Shown: piece after piece, positions 7,365 through 15,827 of the stretch
Layout: each line of letters starts with the position of its first letter
Position numbering within the stretch: the first letter of the stretch is position 1
DNA from: Promethearchaeota archaeon
Lineage (GTDB): Archaea > Asgardarchaeota > Lokiarchaeia > Sigyniarchaeales > SOKP01
NCBI GenBank assembly: GCA_048938025.1
Contig: JBHLMP010000037.1
Span: 1-16,447, forward strand
Length of the DNA: 16,447 bases
Direction of reading: 5' to 3'
Notes under the pieces: generated by a model
Database searches by the model: none
The model's input: only the letters and a program-made list of their open reading frames with translations
Told to the model about the DNA's origin: nothing
Program-made: the position numbers and the translations under genes

Positions 7365-8129
7365 TTAATTTTTAGGATCTACTGTTTCGATTATTTTACC
7401 ATCTCGCATTTTTAGTATTCTTTCAGCAAGAGCACCAACCATAGGGTCGTGGCTTACCATTAAAATCGTTTGATTAAGCTCCAGATTAAGTTCTCGTAGT
7501 AATTTAACAATTTCCATCCCCATTTTAGTATCAAGTTCTCCTGTCGGTTCATCAGCAATTAATATAGATGGTTCATTACATAATGCTCTTGCAATTGCAA
7601 CTCTTTGTTGTTCTCCACCTGAAAGCTCTGATGGTAGGTGATCTTTCTTGTCACTTAGACCTACAAGATCGAGGAATTTATTAACATTTCTTTCTATTTC
7701 TTGTTTAGTCTTAGCTGCAAATATCATTGGTAGTTCAACATTTTCATAAGCTGAAAGAACGGGTACTAGATTATAAAACTGAAATATGAATCCTATTTCC
7801 TTGAGTCTTAAATTTGTCCGTTGTTTTTCATCCATATGAGCTATATTTGTTCTATTGATATATACAGCACCACTTGTAGGATTATCGAGAGCTCCAATCA
7901 TATTTAAAAGTGTAGTTTTTCCAGAACCTGAAGGTCCCATAACAGATACAAATTCACCCTTCTTAATATCTATACTAACACCATTTAAGGCTCTAATTTC
8001 AATCCTTTCGGTGATATTATAAATTTTAGTTAAATCAAAAGTTTGGATCATCGCATCAGGGTCTAATTCATAATCTTTTGGCTCTTGAAATACTAAACCT
8101 TGTTGTTTACTCTTTTTGGTTTTTCTCAT
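7365..8129 (-). CDS. ABC transporter ATP-binding protein, MacB/LolD/FtsE-like
   Basis: Walker A GPSGSGKT, GFIFQFYNL Q-loop, LSGGEQQ signature, Walker B/D-loop ILIADEPTGELD and H-loop MVSH. SD-like GAGGT upstream. Confidence 0.96.
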   Translation of the reverse strand: MRKTKKSKQQGLVFQEPKDYELDPDAMIQTFDLTKIYNITERIEIRALNGVSIDIKKGEFVSVMGPSGSGKTTLLNMIGALDNPTSGAVYINRTNIAHMDEKQRTNLRLKEIGFIFQFYNLVPVLSAYENVELPMIFAAKTKQEIERNVNKFLDLVGLSDKKDHLPSELSGGEQQRVAIARALCNEPSILIADEPTGELDTKMGMEIVKLLRELNLELNQTILMVSHDPMVGALAERILKMRDGKIIETVDPKN

Positions 8130-8147
8130 TTTTTATATACCTCTGAA

Positions 8148-8960
8148 TTAGAATTTATAGATTTCTTCAATTGATTTTCCACCAGTCTTTTCACCAGTAA
8201 ATTCTCCATCAGTAAGGGTAATAATCCTATCTGCTACTTCTGCTATTCTTACATTATGAGTAACCATTAATATTGATTCTCCTTCTTTCTTTAAATCGAG
8301 GAAAATTTCCATAATATTTGTGGTTGTCTCCGTGTCGAGTTCACCTGTAGGTTCATCAGCAAGAATGATAAGAGGCGCATTAACTAAAGCTCTAGCTATA
8401 GTTACTCTTTGTTGCTCTCCACCCGACATCTGTGTGGGCAAATGTTCCATACGTTCCTCAAGTCCAATTCTTTTCAAAAGATATTTTACTCTTTCTTCCC
8501 TCACTTTAGAATCTTTTTTATCAATCACCATTGGAAGCTCTACGTTCTCGTAAGCTGTAAGAATTGGAAAAAGATTATAGAACTGAAAAATTAGTCCTAT
8601 CTTTCTCAATCGCATTTTTTTATGTTGTTTATTGGTCATTTGGGTAACATCAAGTCCCATCCCCTTAGCATCAACATTATAAATGATCTTACCTGAGTCT
8701 GGGAAGTCAAGAGCACCCAAGCAATTTATTAAAGTTGTTTTCCCTGCACCAGATGGCCCAACAATAGCAATAAATTCACCTTTCTTAATAGTAAGATTAA
8801 CTTTATTGAGTGCTGTGATTGTTGAATTACCTACAGTGTATGTTTTAATAAGATCATGCACTTCTAGAACTATATTAGGATCTATCCTCACTGCTCTTGC
8901 AGTGGACCTTTGTTCTTTGTTCATTCTTACTTTTTTCTTTTTAGTCGATATTTTCAACAC
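8148..8960 (-). CDS. ABC transporter ATP-binding protein, MacB/LolD/FtsE-like (second paralog)
   Basis: Walker A GPSGAGKT, GLIFQFYNL, MSGGEQQ, IILADEPTGELD and MVTH. The start is uncertain (GTG 8960 or the downstream ATG of MNKEQ). Confidence 0.96.
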   Translation of the reverse strand: MLKISTKKKKVRMNKEQRSTARAVRIDPNIVLEVHDLIKTYTVGNSTITALNKVNLTIKKGEFIAIVGPSGAGKTTLINCLGALDFPDSGKIIYNVDAKGMGLDVTQMTNKQHKKMRLRKIGLIFQFYNLFPILTAYENVELPMVIDKKDSKVREERVKYLLKRIGLEERMEHLPTQMSGGEQQRVTIARALVNAPLIILADEPTGELDTETTTNIMEIFLDLKKEGESILMVTHNVRIAEVADRIITLTDGEFTGEKTGGKSIEEIYKF

Positions 8961-8985
8961 CTTTTTTTATTTTACATTGTTTTAA

Positions 8986-11900
8986 TTATCTCGTTCTCAC
9001 GGCATCTATAATATTTAAGTTGGCTGCCCATTTTGCCGGATATCGTGAACTCAGAATTACTGTGACTAAAACTGCTAATATTAAAATGCCAATAGTTAAC
9101 CATGGAATGGTCCAAGTGACTGAAAGGAATCCACCTGCAGGCATTGCATCTACCATTAAATAACCTTGGACTAATCCAGCAAATATACCTGTAAATACCC
9201 CTAGAAGCGCTAGAATTAAGGTTTCTCCCGATATTGATCTTATTACACCCTTTTTACTTAATCCTATTGATCTGAGCATTCCTATCTCCCTCCTACGTGC
9301 CATGGTAGTTAGTAAGCTATGAAGTGTTAATCCAATCATTGCAATTATTATTGAAAAAATTAGTAAACCATTGGTTATGAAGACAATTAAGTTAAGCATA
9401 GTTCTGAAAGTAGAACTCGCAAATGATAAGGTAAAACCAAAAATCACAAGATATCCTTTATCTTCTATATATCCTAATATTTCTTCCAAAACATCCTCAT
9501 CACTTGCTCCCTTTTCCACCCATGCAAACCAATCATAGACATTGGTCCTAATTACAAGAGTGAAAGTTTTAAGATCGATTACTGACCAGGATCCTCCTGC
9601 GATAAAGAATAAATTTGGTAGTAGTAGGTCTTTAATAGATGTAATGTTTTCTGGTTGATCACAGTGAATTAGCACTGAAGTTACCATATCATTGGTATAG
9701 TTGGATCCCCTATAATCTGAATATACAATATCTCGCGCTTTCTCGTAATTTATATAGACAGAATTTCCACTTACATTATAACCGGTTTCAAAACCGGCAT
9801 ACCAATTATATCGTTCTGTATTATAAAAAGTAGGTGTTTCTATAATTCCAATAATTTCAAATTTTGGCCATTTTTCAGGGAGATTTGTCATATAAGCTGA
9901 TTTAGCTACTTCAAATTTTAGACTGTCAATACTTAAATTATAATTACTATTAAATGTGGAATTAAAGCCAATTATCCTTAATTTGAGATTCCCGCTAGGG
10001 TCAATAAAATGATGGTTTGAGTCAAATGGAAAAGTATTATTTTTTTCTTCTTTATTATTAATAGACCCAAGATTTTCAAACATGTTGGTATATATGTTTA
10101 ATGCTTCTAATTCAATAGAGTCCACAGTTGAATTAAGTGAAGTTTCAATCGTAATATTAATTGGTTTATAGAAATTAATAGGTAGAAAATTTACTGTAAT
10201 GTTTAATGCAAGCCACTTCTGGTTACTCACATAAGTAAGGTTCACATCATCAGAGATCGTTAAATTCATTACACTACCTGAAGTTGAGCTGAAATTATAT
10301 GGAATTATTACGGTATTAAATATTCCCGAATAAACGGTTTCTATAATGGATTGTTGTGGAAAAATAGTGATATTATCTCCAATTCCTATTGAAGGATTAT
10401 TTTTTATGAATGTCTCATCAACCACACACACATTTGCTGGTGTATTTAGGAGTTCTTCCATAGTTGATCCAGCATATCCACTATTATTTCCAAAATATGA
10501 ATCGGATTTCAGTTTTCCGCTTGAATTTGTATGAATACCCACAACTGATGATGCATAGTCTATCACTGAGCCATTAAAAGATGTAGGTGTATAGTAATCC
10601 ATTCTCGTTGTATAATATTCAATTCCGCTAATACTATTTAAAATTGATTCCACAGTTGAAAAATTAAACCAATTTGGTTGAACTATATCCAGCATAGGAT
10701 TTCCAGTTTGGGTTAATTGTCGGAAAACCATATCTGTTCCTCCACCAGGAAGGTTTTTAGACGCAATTTTTTCATAATTCCCCCAAGAAATAAACATATT
10801 ATATGATACACCTTCGCTTAAAAATCCTAAGAGATTAAGTGTCGAAAAACCTTGAATACTTCTAACAATTGCAATTACACTCATGTTTATTATAATTGTA
10901 TCTTCATGTGCATTATAAGTATCTCCATCAAGTAATGCAGTTAGATTTGCATAAGTTATGCCGAGAGAGAATTTAACAGATAAATTTTCACCAACTTTCA
11001 CATTAAAGTCATCAGAGAATTTTTTATCTATTATAATTCTATTTTCCTTATCAATTTCATCCATCATTTCACTAAGAGACATTGATGAAGGAGATATGAT
11101 TTCAGTCTTAGTCATATGTTCCTTAACCTTTGCTGGATCTATTATATTCATCATAATAGTTTGATTGAATTCACTATCAAGTAAGCTATGACCAACCCAC
11201 TCACTATTTATTTGAATAAGGGCATTTTGATGACTCACACCCATTATATCTTCTACTCCTGACTGATTGAGAAGTCCATTTTCGAAAGATCTGGGGGTAT
11301 TATAAGTGTATACCCGAATATCAGCACCCATAAAGTTATTAACAGTTGTATTAATACCTGCTTTCATTGAATCCATCATAACACTTATCCCAATAAGAAA
11401 GCTCGTTGTTATAGCGATCATAGCATATGTAAGGGTTGTCCTTTTCCGGTGTCTTAAGATGTTTTTTTCTGTTAATAATTTCGTTTTCCGGAGGTAAGGA
11501 ATGAAAAATATCACAAAAACTTTGTTAAGCGGTTTTATACTAAGTGCCAATAACCATATGATCCCAAATAAAATTAATACAGGGGCAAACATTGTAAGTA
11601 TTACTCCTTGGGGTGGTCCTGCTCCTGTCTGAACTTCAGTTGAAGATTCAGGAGCATAATTCATAAGCCAAAAACCAGAGAAAATAAGTAAACCCCCTAA
11701 AATAAAGAATAATATTTTTTTCCAATAATGTTTTTTCTCCCTCTTAGATTTTTCTTCTAGGGGATTTAAATTCTCAATAATAGGTTTACGACTTGCTTTC
11801 CAACTAGGATAAAGTGAGGCAACAATACAAGAAATAAAACCTATTATAAATGTTAATGCTAGAGTTGTTGGATATAAAACCACACTAAAACCTGAAAGAG

Positions 11901-13122
11901 CAAATCCTCCTATTTCAGCCATAATATCCTGAATAGTTTGTAATGTGACTGAAAAGATAACATATGCTATGAAGTAGGAACATATTGTTCCTAATAACGC
12001 TCCAATTACCCCCATTACTATACCTTGAGTTAAGAACATCTTAAATGTTTCTGCTTTAGATGCTCCTATTGCTTGGAACATACCAGTCTCGTACTCTTGT
12101 TCTTTTTTAATAATATTAAAAATATTCCACATAAGTATTATTGAGAGGATTAATGCGATTAAACCAAACATCATAAACATAGTACGCATTGTACTCATTG
12201 TAGTTTCTATCATCTCTAAACTATCAGATTTTAAATCATTAACCCTCCAATCCCTTCCATCATTAAGAGCTTCTAAGCGGTTTTCAATATTCTTAACAAC
12301 TGAGGAGACTTTATATATATCATCAACACCTACGACACCGAGATTATACTCACCAGTATGATTTTCTAAACCATCCACAAGTTGATGCGTATTATTGATA
12401 TTTACATATATACCTGGTCCTTGTGAAAAGATCGATGATTCTGATGGATTTTCAGGATCAAAATCACGTGCTTCCCCAATATCTCGTATCACAGCAACAA
12501 CAGTATATTCGAGCCACGTCCCTGTATCTAAAAGATTGTATCCCAAAAATTCTCCATCTTTAGGTAAAACCCAAATACTATCATTTGCTTTAAAGTCTTT
12601 TCCTAATTGAATTTTTAATGATTCTGAAATAACTACTACTTTATCTCCATTAATTAAATCTCTATATTCAAGAAGTTCTTCAATTGTGTCTCCACTACTA
12701 ATTGAATCTAATATATATGGTTTCGCACCTAATTTTCGCTCGTCAGCATCCTGAATATCAATACCATATATCCCCGTCCGAGTACTATTATCAACTTGGT
12801 TCCCATTATCAGTTTCACTAGCAAAAACATTAAATCCTGAAATCCTATAAGCTATTGAATCAACATGTTTAACATTCTCGATTTCATTATTAATTTCATT
12901 GGGAACAAACCAACCATCAGTACTATTCGCAGATCTTATTAATATATCTGCAGTACCCATTTGTTCATCAATAGTTTTTAGCATCATTACTTCGAAAGAA
13001 TCAGAGACAATCAGAACTCCTCCAAACAAGGCTACGCTAATAACTAATGTGATTGTTGTTAAAATATAACGTAACTTTCGTCTTCTCATATTACGTAATG
13101 CAATCTTTAGTATTACACCCAT
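8986..13122 (-). CDS. Very large FtsX/MacB-family (type VII) ABC transporter permease with two FtsX domains and expanded extracellular domains
   Basis: N-terminal ALRNMRRRKLRYILT plus TM helix, two FtsX-type motifs (EYETGMFQAIGAS; RRREIGMLRSIGLS), about 10 TM helices, C-terminal PAKWAANLNIIDAVR, many N-x-S/T sequons, and SD-like AAGGA upstream. Confidence 0.93.
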   Translation of the reverse strand: MGVILKIALRNMRRRKLRYILTTITLVISVALFGGVLIVSDSFEVMMLKTIDEQMGTADILIRSANSTDGWFVPNEINNEIENVKHVDSIAYRISGFNVFASETDNGNQVDNSTRTGIYGIDIQDADERKLGAKPYILDSISSGDTIEELLEYRDLINGDKVVVISESLKIQLGKDFKANDSIWVLPKDGEFLGYNLLDTGTWLEYTVVAVIRDIGEARDFDPENPSESSIFSQGPGIYVNINNTHQLVDGLENHTGEYNLGVVGVDDIYKVSSVVKNIENRLEALNDGRDWRVNDLKSDSLEMIETTMSTMRTMFMMFGLIALILSIILMWNIFNIIKKEQEYETGMFQAIGASKAETFKMFLTQGIVMGVIGALLGTICSYFIAYVIFSVTLQTIQDIMAEIGGFALSGFSVVLYPTTLALTFIIGFISCIVASLYPSWKASRKPIIENLNPLEEKSKREKKHYWKKILFFILGGLLIFSGFWLMNYAPESSTEVQTGAGPPQGVILTMFAPVLILFGIIWLLALSIKPLNKVFVIFFIPYLRKTKLLTEKNILRHRKRTTLTYAMIAITTSFLIGISVMMDSMKAGINTTVNNFMGADIRVYTYNTPRSFENGLLNQSGVEDIMGVSHQNALIQINSEWVGHSLLDSEFNQTIMMNIIDPAKVKEHMTKTEIISPSSMSLSEMMDEIDKENRIIIDKKFSDDFNVKVGENLSVKFSLGITYANLTALLDGDTYNAHEDTIIINMSVIAIVRSIQGFSTLNLLGFLSEGVSYNMFISWGNYEKIASKNLPGGGTDMVFRQLTQTGNPMLDIVQPNWFNFSTVESILNSISGIEYYTTRMDYYTPTSFNGSVIDYASSVVGIHTNSSGKLKSDSYFGNNSGYAGSTMEELLNTPANVCVVDETFIKNNPSIGIGDNITIFPQQSIIETVYSGIFNTVIIPYNFSSTSGSVMNLTISDDVNLTYVSNQKWLALNITVNFLPINFYKPINITIETSLNSTVDSIELEALNIYTNMFENLGSINNKEEKNNTFPFDSNHHFIDPSGNLKLRIIGFNSTFNSNYNLSIDSLKFEVAKSAYMTNLPEKWPKFEIIGIIETPTFYNTERYNWYAGFETGYNVSGNSVYINYEKARDIVYSDYRGSNYTNDMVTSVLIHCDQPENITSIKDLLLPNLFFIAGGSWSVIDLKTFTLVIRTNVYDWFAWVEKGASDEDVLEEILGYIEDKGYLVIFGFTLSFASSTFRTMLNLIVFITNGLLIFSIIIAMIGLTLHSLLTTMARRREIGMLRSIGLSKKGVIRSISGETLILALLGVFTGIFAGLVQGYLMVDAMPAGGFLSVTWTIPWLTIGILILAVLVTVILSSRYPAKWAANLNIIDAVRTR

Positions 13123-13241
13123 GTTTTCCTTAACTCTTTTTTTTTATAGATTTAATATTAAATATTTTTTATTTGAAGATTAGTTAAAACAAGTTTCAAT
13201 CGATTAAATATTGATTGATTATAACTTATCATTTAATAAAA

Positions 13242-13249
13242 CATATAAA
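13242..13249 (-). promoter_or_regulatory. Candidate TATA box for the permease/ATPase operon
   Basis: TTTATATG on the - strand, immediately adjacent to the operator-like palindrome. The region is very AT-rich, so specificity is low. Confidence 0.35.
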
Positions 13250-13251
13250 TA

Positions 13252-13270
13252 TATCGATCAGTGCTCGATA
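13252..13270. promoter_or_regulatory. 19-bp near-perfect inverted repeat, candidate TetR operator
   Basis: TATCGATCA-G-TGCTCGATA has 8 of 9 arm positions complementary. It is GC-richer than its surroundings and lies between the divergent permease and TetR genes. Confidence 0.65.
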
Positions 13271-13311
13271 ACTTTAAATTATTTTTAAACAATATTAATA
13301 TTAATATTCAA

Positions 13312-13319
13312 TTTATATA
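13312..13319 (+). promoter_or_regulatory. Candidate TATA box for the TetR gene (possible leaderless transcript)
   Basis: TTTATATA begins 26 nt upstream of ATG 13338, and there is no SD-like sequence before that ATG. Confidence 0.4.
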
Positions 13320-13337
13320 ATCAAAATCTTGAAAAAT

Positions 13338-13919
13338 ATGGTCCAGATTGAAGGTAAAGAAAAGATATTAAAAGTTGCTGAAGAATTAATAGTAAAAAAC
13401 GGGTATAATACAATTAGTGCAAGGAAAATTGCAAGAGATGCGAAAATGAGTATTGGAACGTTATATCACCATTTCCCAAATGGCAAATTATCTATCTTAT
13501 ATGAAATCATACTTTCTTATAGAAATGAATTCTTAGAAGATTTTGATTTTTCTAAGATTGAACAATTTGACAATCCAGAAATAGCTAAGGATTATTTAAT
13601 AACAATAATAGAACAACATCGTAAATTTGCACCATTAATAAAAGGGTTTGAAGTAGAACTGTTGACTAATAAAAAACTCTTAGTAGATTTAGATAATCTT
13701 ATTAAATCGCAAGAAATTCGTTTTGAAAAGTTTTTTACCGATATAATTTTAAGATTTTACCCAGATATAAAAGAACCAGAGAAAACTTTTTCAATTATAA
13801 CAAGAATTTTTACCACTATTATACATACACATGTTATTTTTGAAAATTTTTATGGAACAGATGATGATTTAGTAGAAATATTATATAAAATGCTTACTGG
13901 CTTAATAAAAAGTGTTTAG
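13338..13919 (+). CDS. TetR/AcrR family transcriptional regulator
   Basis: N-terminal HTH: KEKILKVAEELIVKNGYNTISARKIARDAKMSIGTLYHHFPNGK. ATG 13338 is preferred over TTG 13329. Confidence 0.93.
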   Translation: MVQIEGKEKILKVAEELIVKNGYNTISARKIARDAKMSIGTLYHHFPNGKLSILYEIILSYRNEFLEDFDFSKIEQFDNPEIAKDYLITIIEQHRKFAPLIKGFEVELLTNKKLLVDLDNLIKSQEIRFEKFFTDIILRFYPDIKEPEKTFSIITRIFTTIIHTHVIFENFYGTDDDLVEILYKMLTGLIKSV

Positions 13920-13951
13920 GTATAATATTTATTTTAATTGAGCAAAAAGAA

Positions 13952-15715
13952 TTATTTAAAGTTATTATTTACATATTCCATTACTTTATGTATTTCTTCT
14001 AAATGGGTTTCTTTTTTACCAAAAATGTAGAATCTAACCTCTGGTCCTGTTCCACTTGGTCTGAAATAGAGAGTAGAATCTTTGCTTTTTAATTGAAATA
14101 TATCAATTGCATCAGAATTATCTGATAATGCATGTATTTCATAATCTTTTCCTTCAATATTTATAATTTTATTATCATTTTTTTCGAAATTTTTCATAAT
14201 TCGTACCTTTTCTTCATCAATAGCTGGAATAGTACGATTAATCCCCTTAATAGTCCAATCTATTGATTCTGAAATAATATGTCCCCGGCAAATTAGCTCT
14301 GCAATTAATACCAATGCAGGAACAGGATATTTATCTGCAATGAGAGGAAAATCTGTTGAAAACTCAAATGCTTTTGTATCTGGATTCTTGGATACATTTA
14401 ATATATTTAAAGTATGTCCACCAGATTCTTCCCACATAACAATTAAGAGTTGTTCTGTATCTAAACCATTTTTTTCCATTAAGTTTATAATTCTTTCTTT
14501 TAGAGGAAAGGGATTGTTAATTTTTTTTAAACTTTTATCTTCTTCTTCGACGTAAAGTATAGCTGTATCCACTTTTGATGGATCAACTTCAACACCAAAA
14601 AGGAAATATAAAATAATTCCTAAATGTTTATATCCGACACCAGTTAAAATGTTTAAAAAGCTGCTATGATCTCCCCTTAAATCGGTTGGTATCGTTCTTA
14701 CATTAATAATTTTCTTATTATATTCCTTAGCTAATATATTATGCATTGCTGAATAGATCTCATTAGGAATATAAGTGAAATATTCTCCATTTTGTTTTAC
14801 ATATAACGCAATTCTGTCTCTATCTGCATCTAATAACAGAGCTAAATTAGAATTGGCCCTACTCATCACATCTTGTAATTTTTTTTCGCGAATTTCTTTT
14901 AAAGGATTTGGAGGATTAATTTCTTCTTCAATTAAAGTTAAGTTTGCTCCAAGTTGTTTAAATAAGTTAACAATGCCTCTCGCTTTCCCAAGGTATGGCC
15001 AAATCACAATATTTTTTCCTTTAAGACTCTTTATTTCTAAAACTTTTGATAGCAGTTTTATTGTATAATCATTATTTATTTGTTCAGCATCAATTTTAAA
15101 AGGGATTATATCAGGTTTAAGATGAAGTTCTTTAAGTTTTGCTGCTCTCCTTGATACATCCTTGAATAGGTCTCCTGAAATTGGAATTGGATAATCGATA
15201 TAAAATTTAATTCCATTCCAGGACAATTCATTATGAGATGCCGTTAGTACTATTATTAAATTAATATCCTTTAATAAAGCTACTGAGGCTGCACCGTAAG
15301 GTGAAGAAAGTTGAGATTCTCCAAGAAAGTCTTTTTGATAATAGATTTTATAACCATCATACCCAAATATCTGAGAGCTATAATTTAATAGAATATTTCT
15401 AGTTGGACGATTATCAGTAACAATTAAAACCTTTAAATTTTGACCATTTTTCATCTCTTTAAACTTTTGACTAACTGCCTTAAAGATTCTAAGAAATAAA
15501 TATAATTTACGGTTAGTTAATACGTACTTTCTGCTTCCATTTTCTTCTATAATATCCAAAATTTGAATTCTCAATCCAGATGTAGGAGCAACAATAGGAT
15601 CAATGATATTTTTTTCTTCTTCAGTTAACTCTGGTAATTTTAAGATTTTTATGCCCTTTTCCACTTCTTCTAATTCAATTTCCTCTCCTTCAAAATTAAT
15701 CAGAATGCTCACCAC
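13952..15715 (-). CDS. Divergent alpha-D-phosphohexomutase (phosphoglucomutase/phosphomannomutase family)
   Basis: Catalytic phosphoserine loop TASHN, metal-binding loop DADRDR, sugar-binding loop WEESGGH and phosphate-binding FRPSGT.P..RFY. Confidence 0.9.
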   Translation of the reverse strand: MVSILINFEGEEIELEEVEKGIKILKLPELTEEEKNIIDPIVAPTSGLRIQILDIIEENGSRKYVLTNRKLYLFLRIFKAVSQKFKEMKNGQNLKVLIVTDNRPTRNILLNYSSQIFGYDGYKIYYQKDFLGESQLSSPYGAASVALLKDINLIIVLTASHNELSWNGIKFYIDYPIPISGDLFKDVSRRAAKLKELHLKPDIIPFKIDAEQINNDYTIKLLSKVLEIKSLKGKNIVIWPYLGKARGIVNLFKQLGANLTLIEEEINPPNPLKEIREKKLQDVMSRANSNLALLLDADRDRIALYVKQNGEYFTYIPNEIYSAMHNILAKEYNKKIINVRTIPTDLRGDHSSFLNILTGVGYKHLGIILYFLFGVEVDPSKVDTAILYVEEEDKSLKKINNPFPLKERIINLMEKNGLDTEQLLIVMWEESGGHTLNILNVSKNPDTKAFEFSTDFPLIADKYPVPALVLIAELICRGHIISESIDWTIKGINRTIPAIDEEKVRIMKNFEKNDNKIINIEGKDYEIHALSDNSDAIDIFQLKSKDSTLYFRPSGTGPEVRFYIFGKKETHLEEIHKVMEYVNNNFK

Positions 15716-15827
15716 TTAAATGATAAGATAATTAGGAATAAAATTGAAATTCTTATATTTTTTTTTATAATGATTTAAGAAGTTAATTTTTTCAATAAAT
15801 ACATTCCTTTTTTATCAATTATAACAA

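Noticed and set aside
6619-8985. Plus-strand ORFs 6619-6825, 6741-6998, 8320-8553, 8409-8594 and 8683-8985
   Set aside because: Antisense shadows of the well-supported acyl-CoA dehydrogenase and ABC ATPase genes.
10346-12610. Plus-strand ORFs 10346-10534, 10958-11164, 11306-11497 and 12395-12610
   Set aside because: Short antisense shadows within the permease gene.
13291-13308. Perfect palindrome (AATATT)x3
   Set aside because: Purely A/T low-complexity sequence in an AT-rich spacer; not distinguishable from background.
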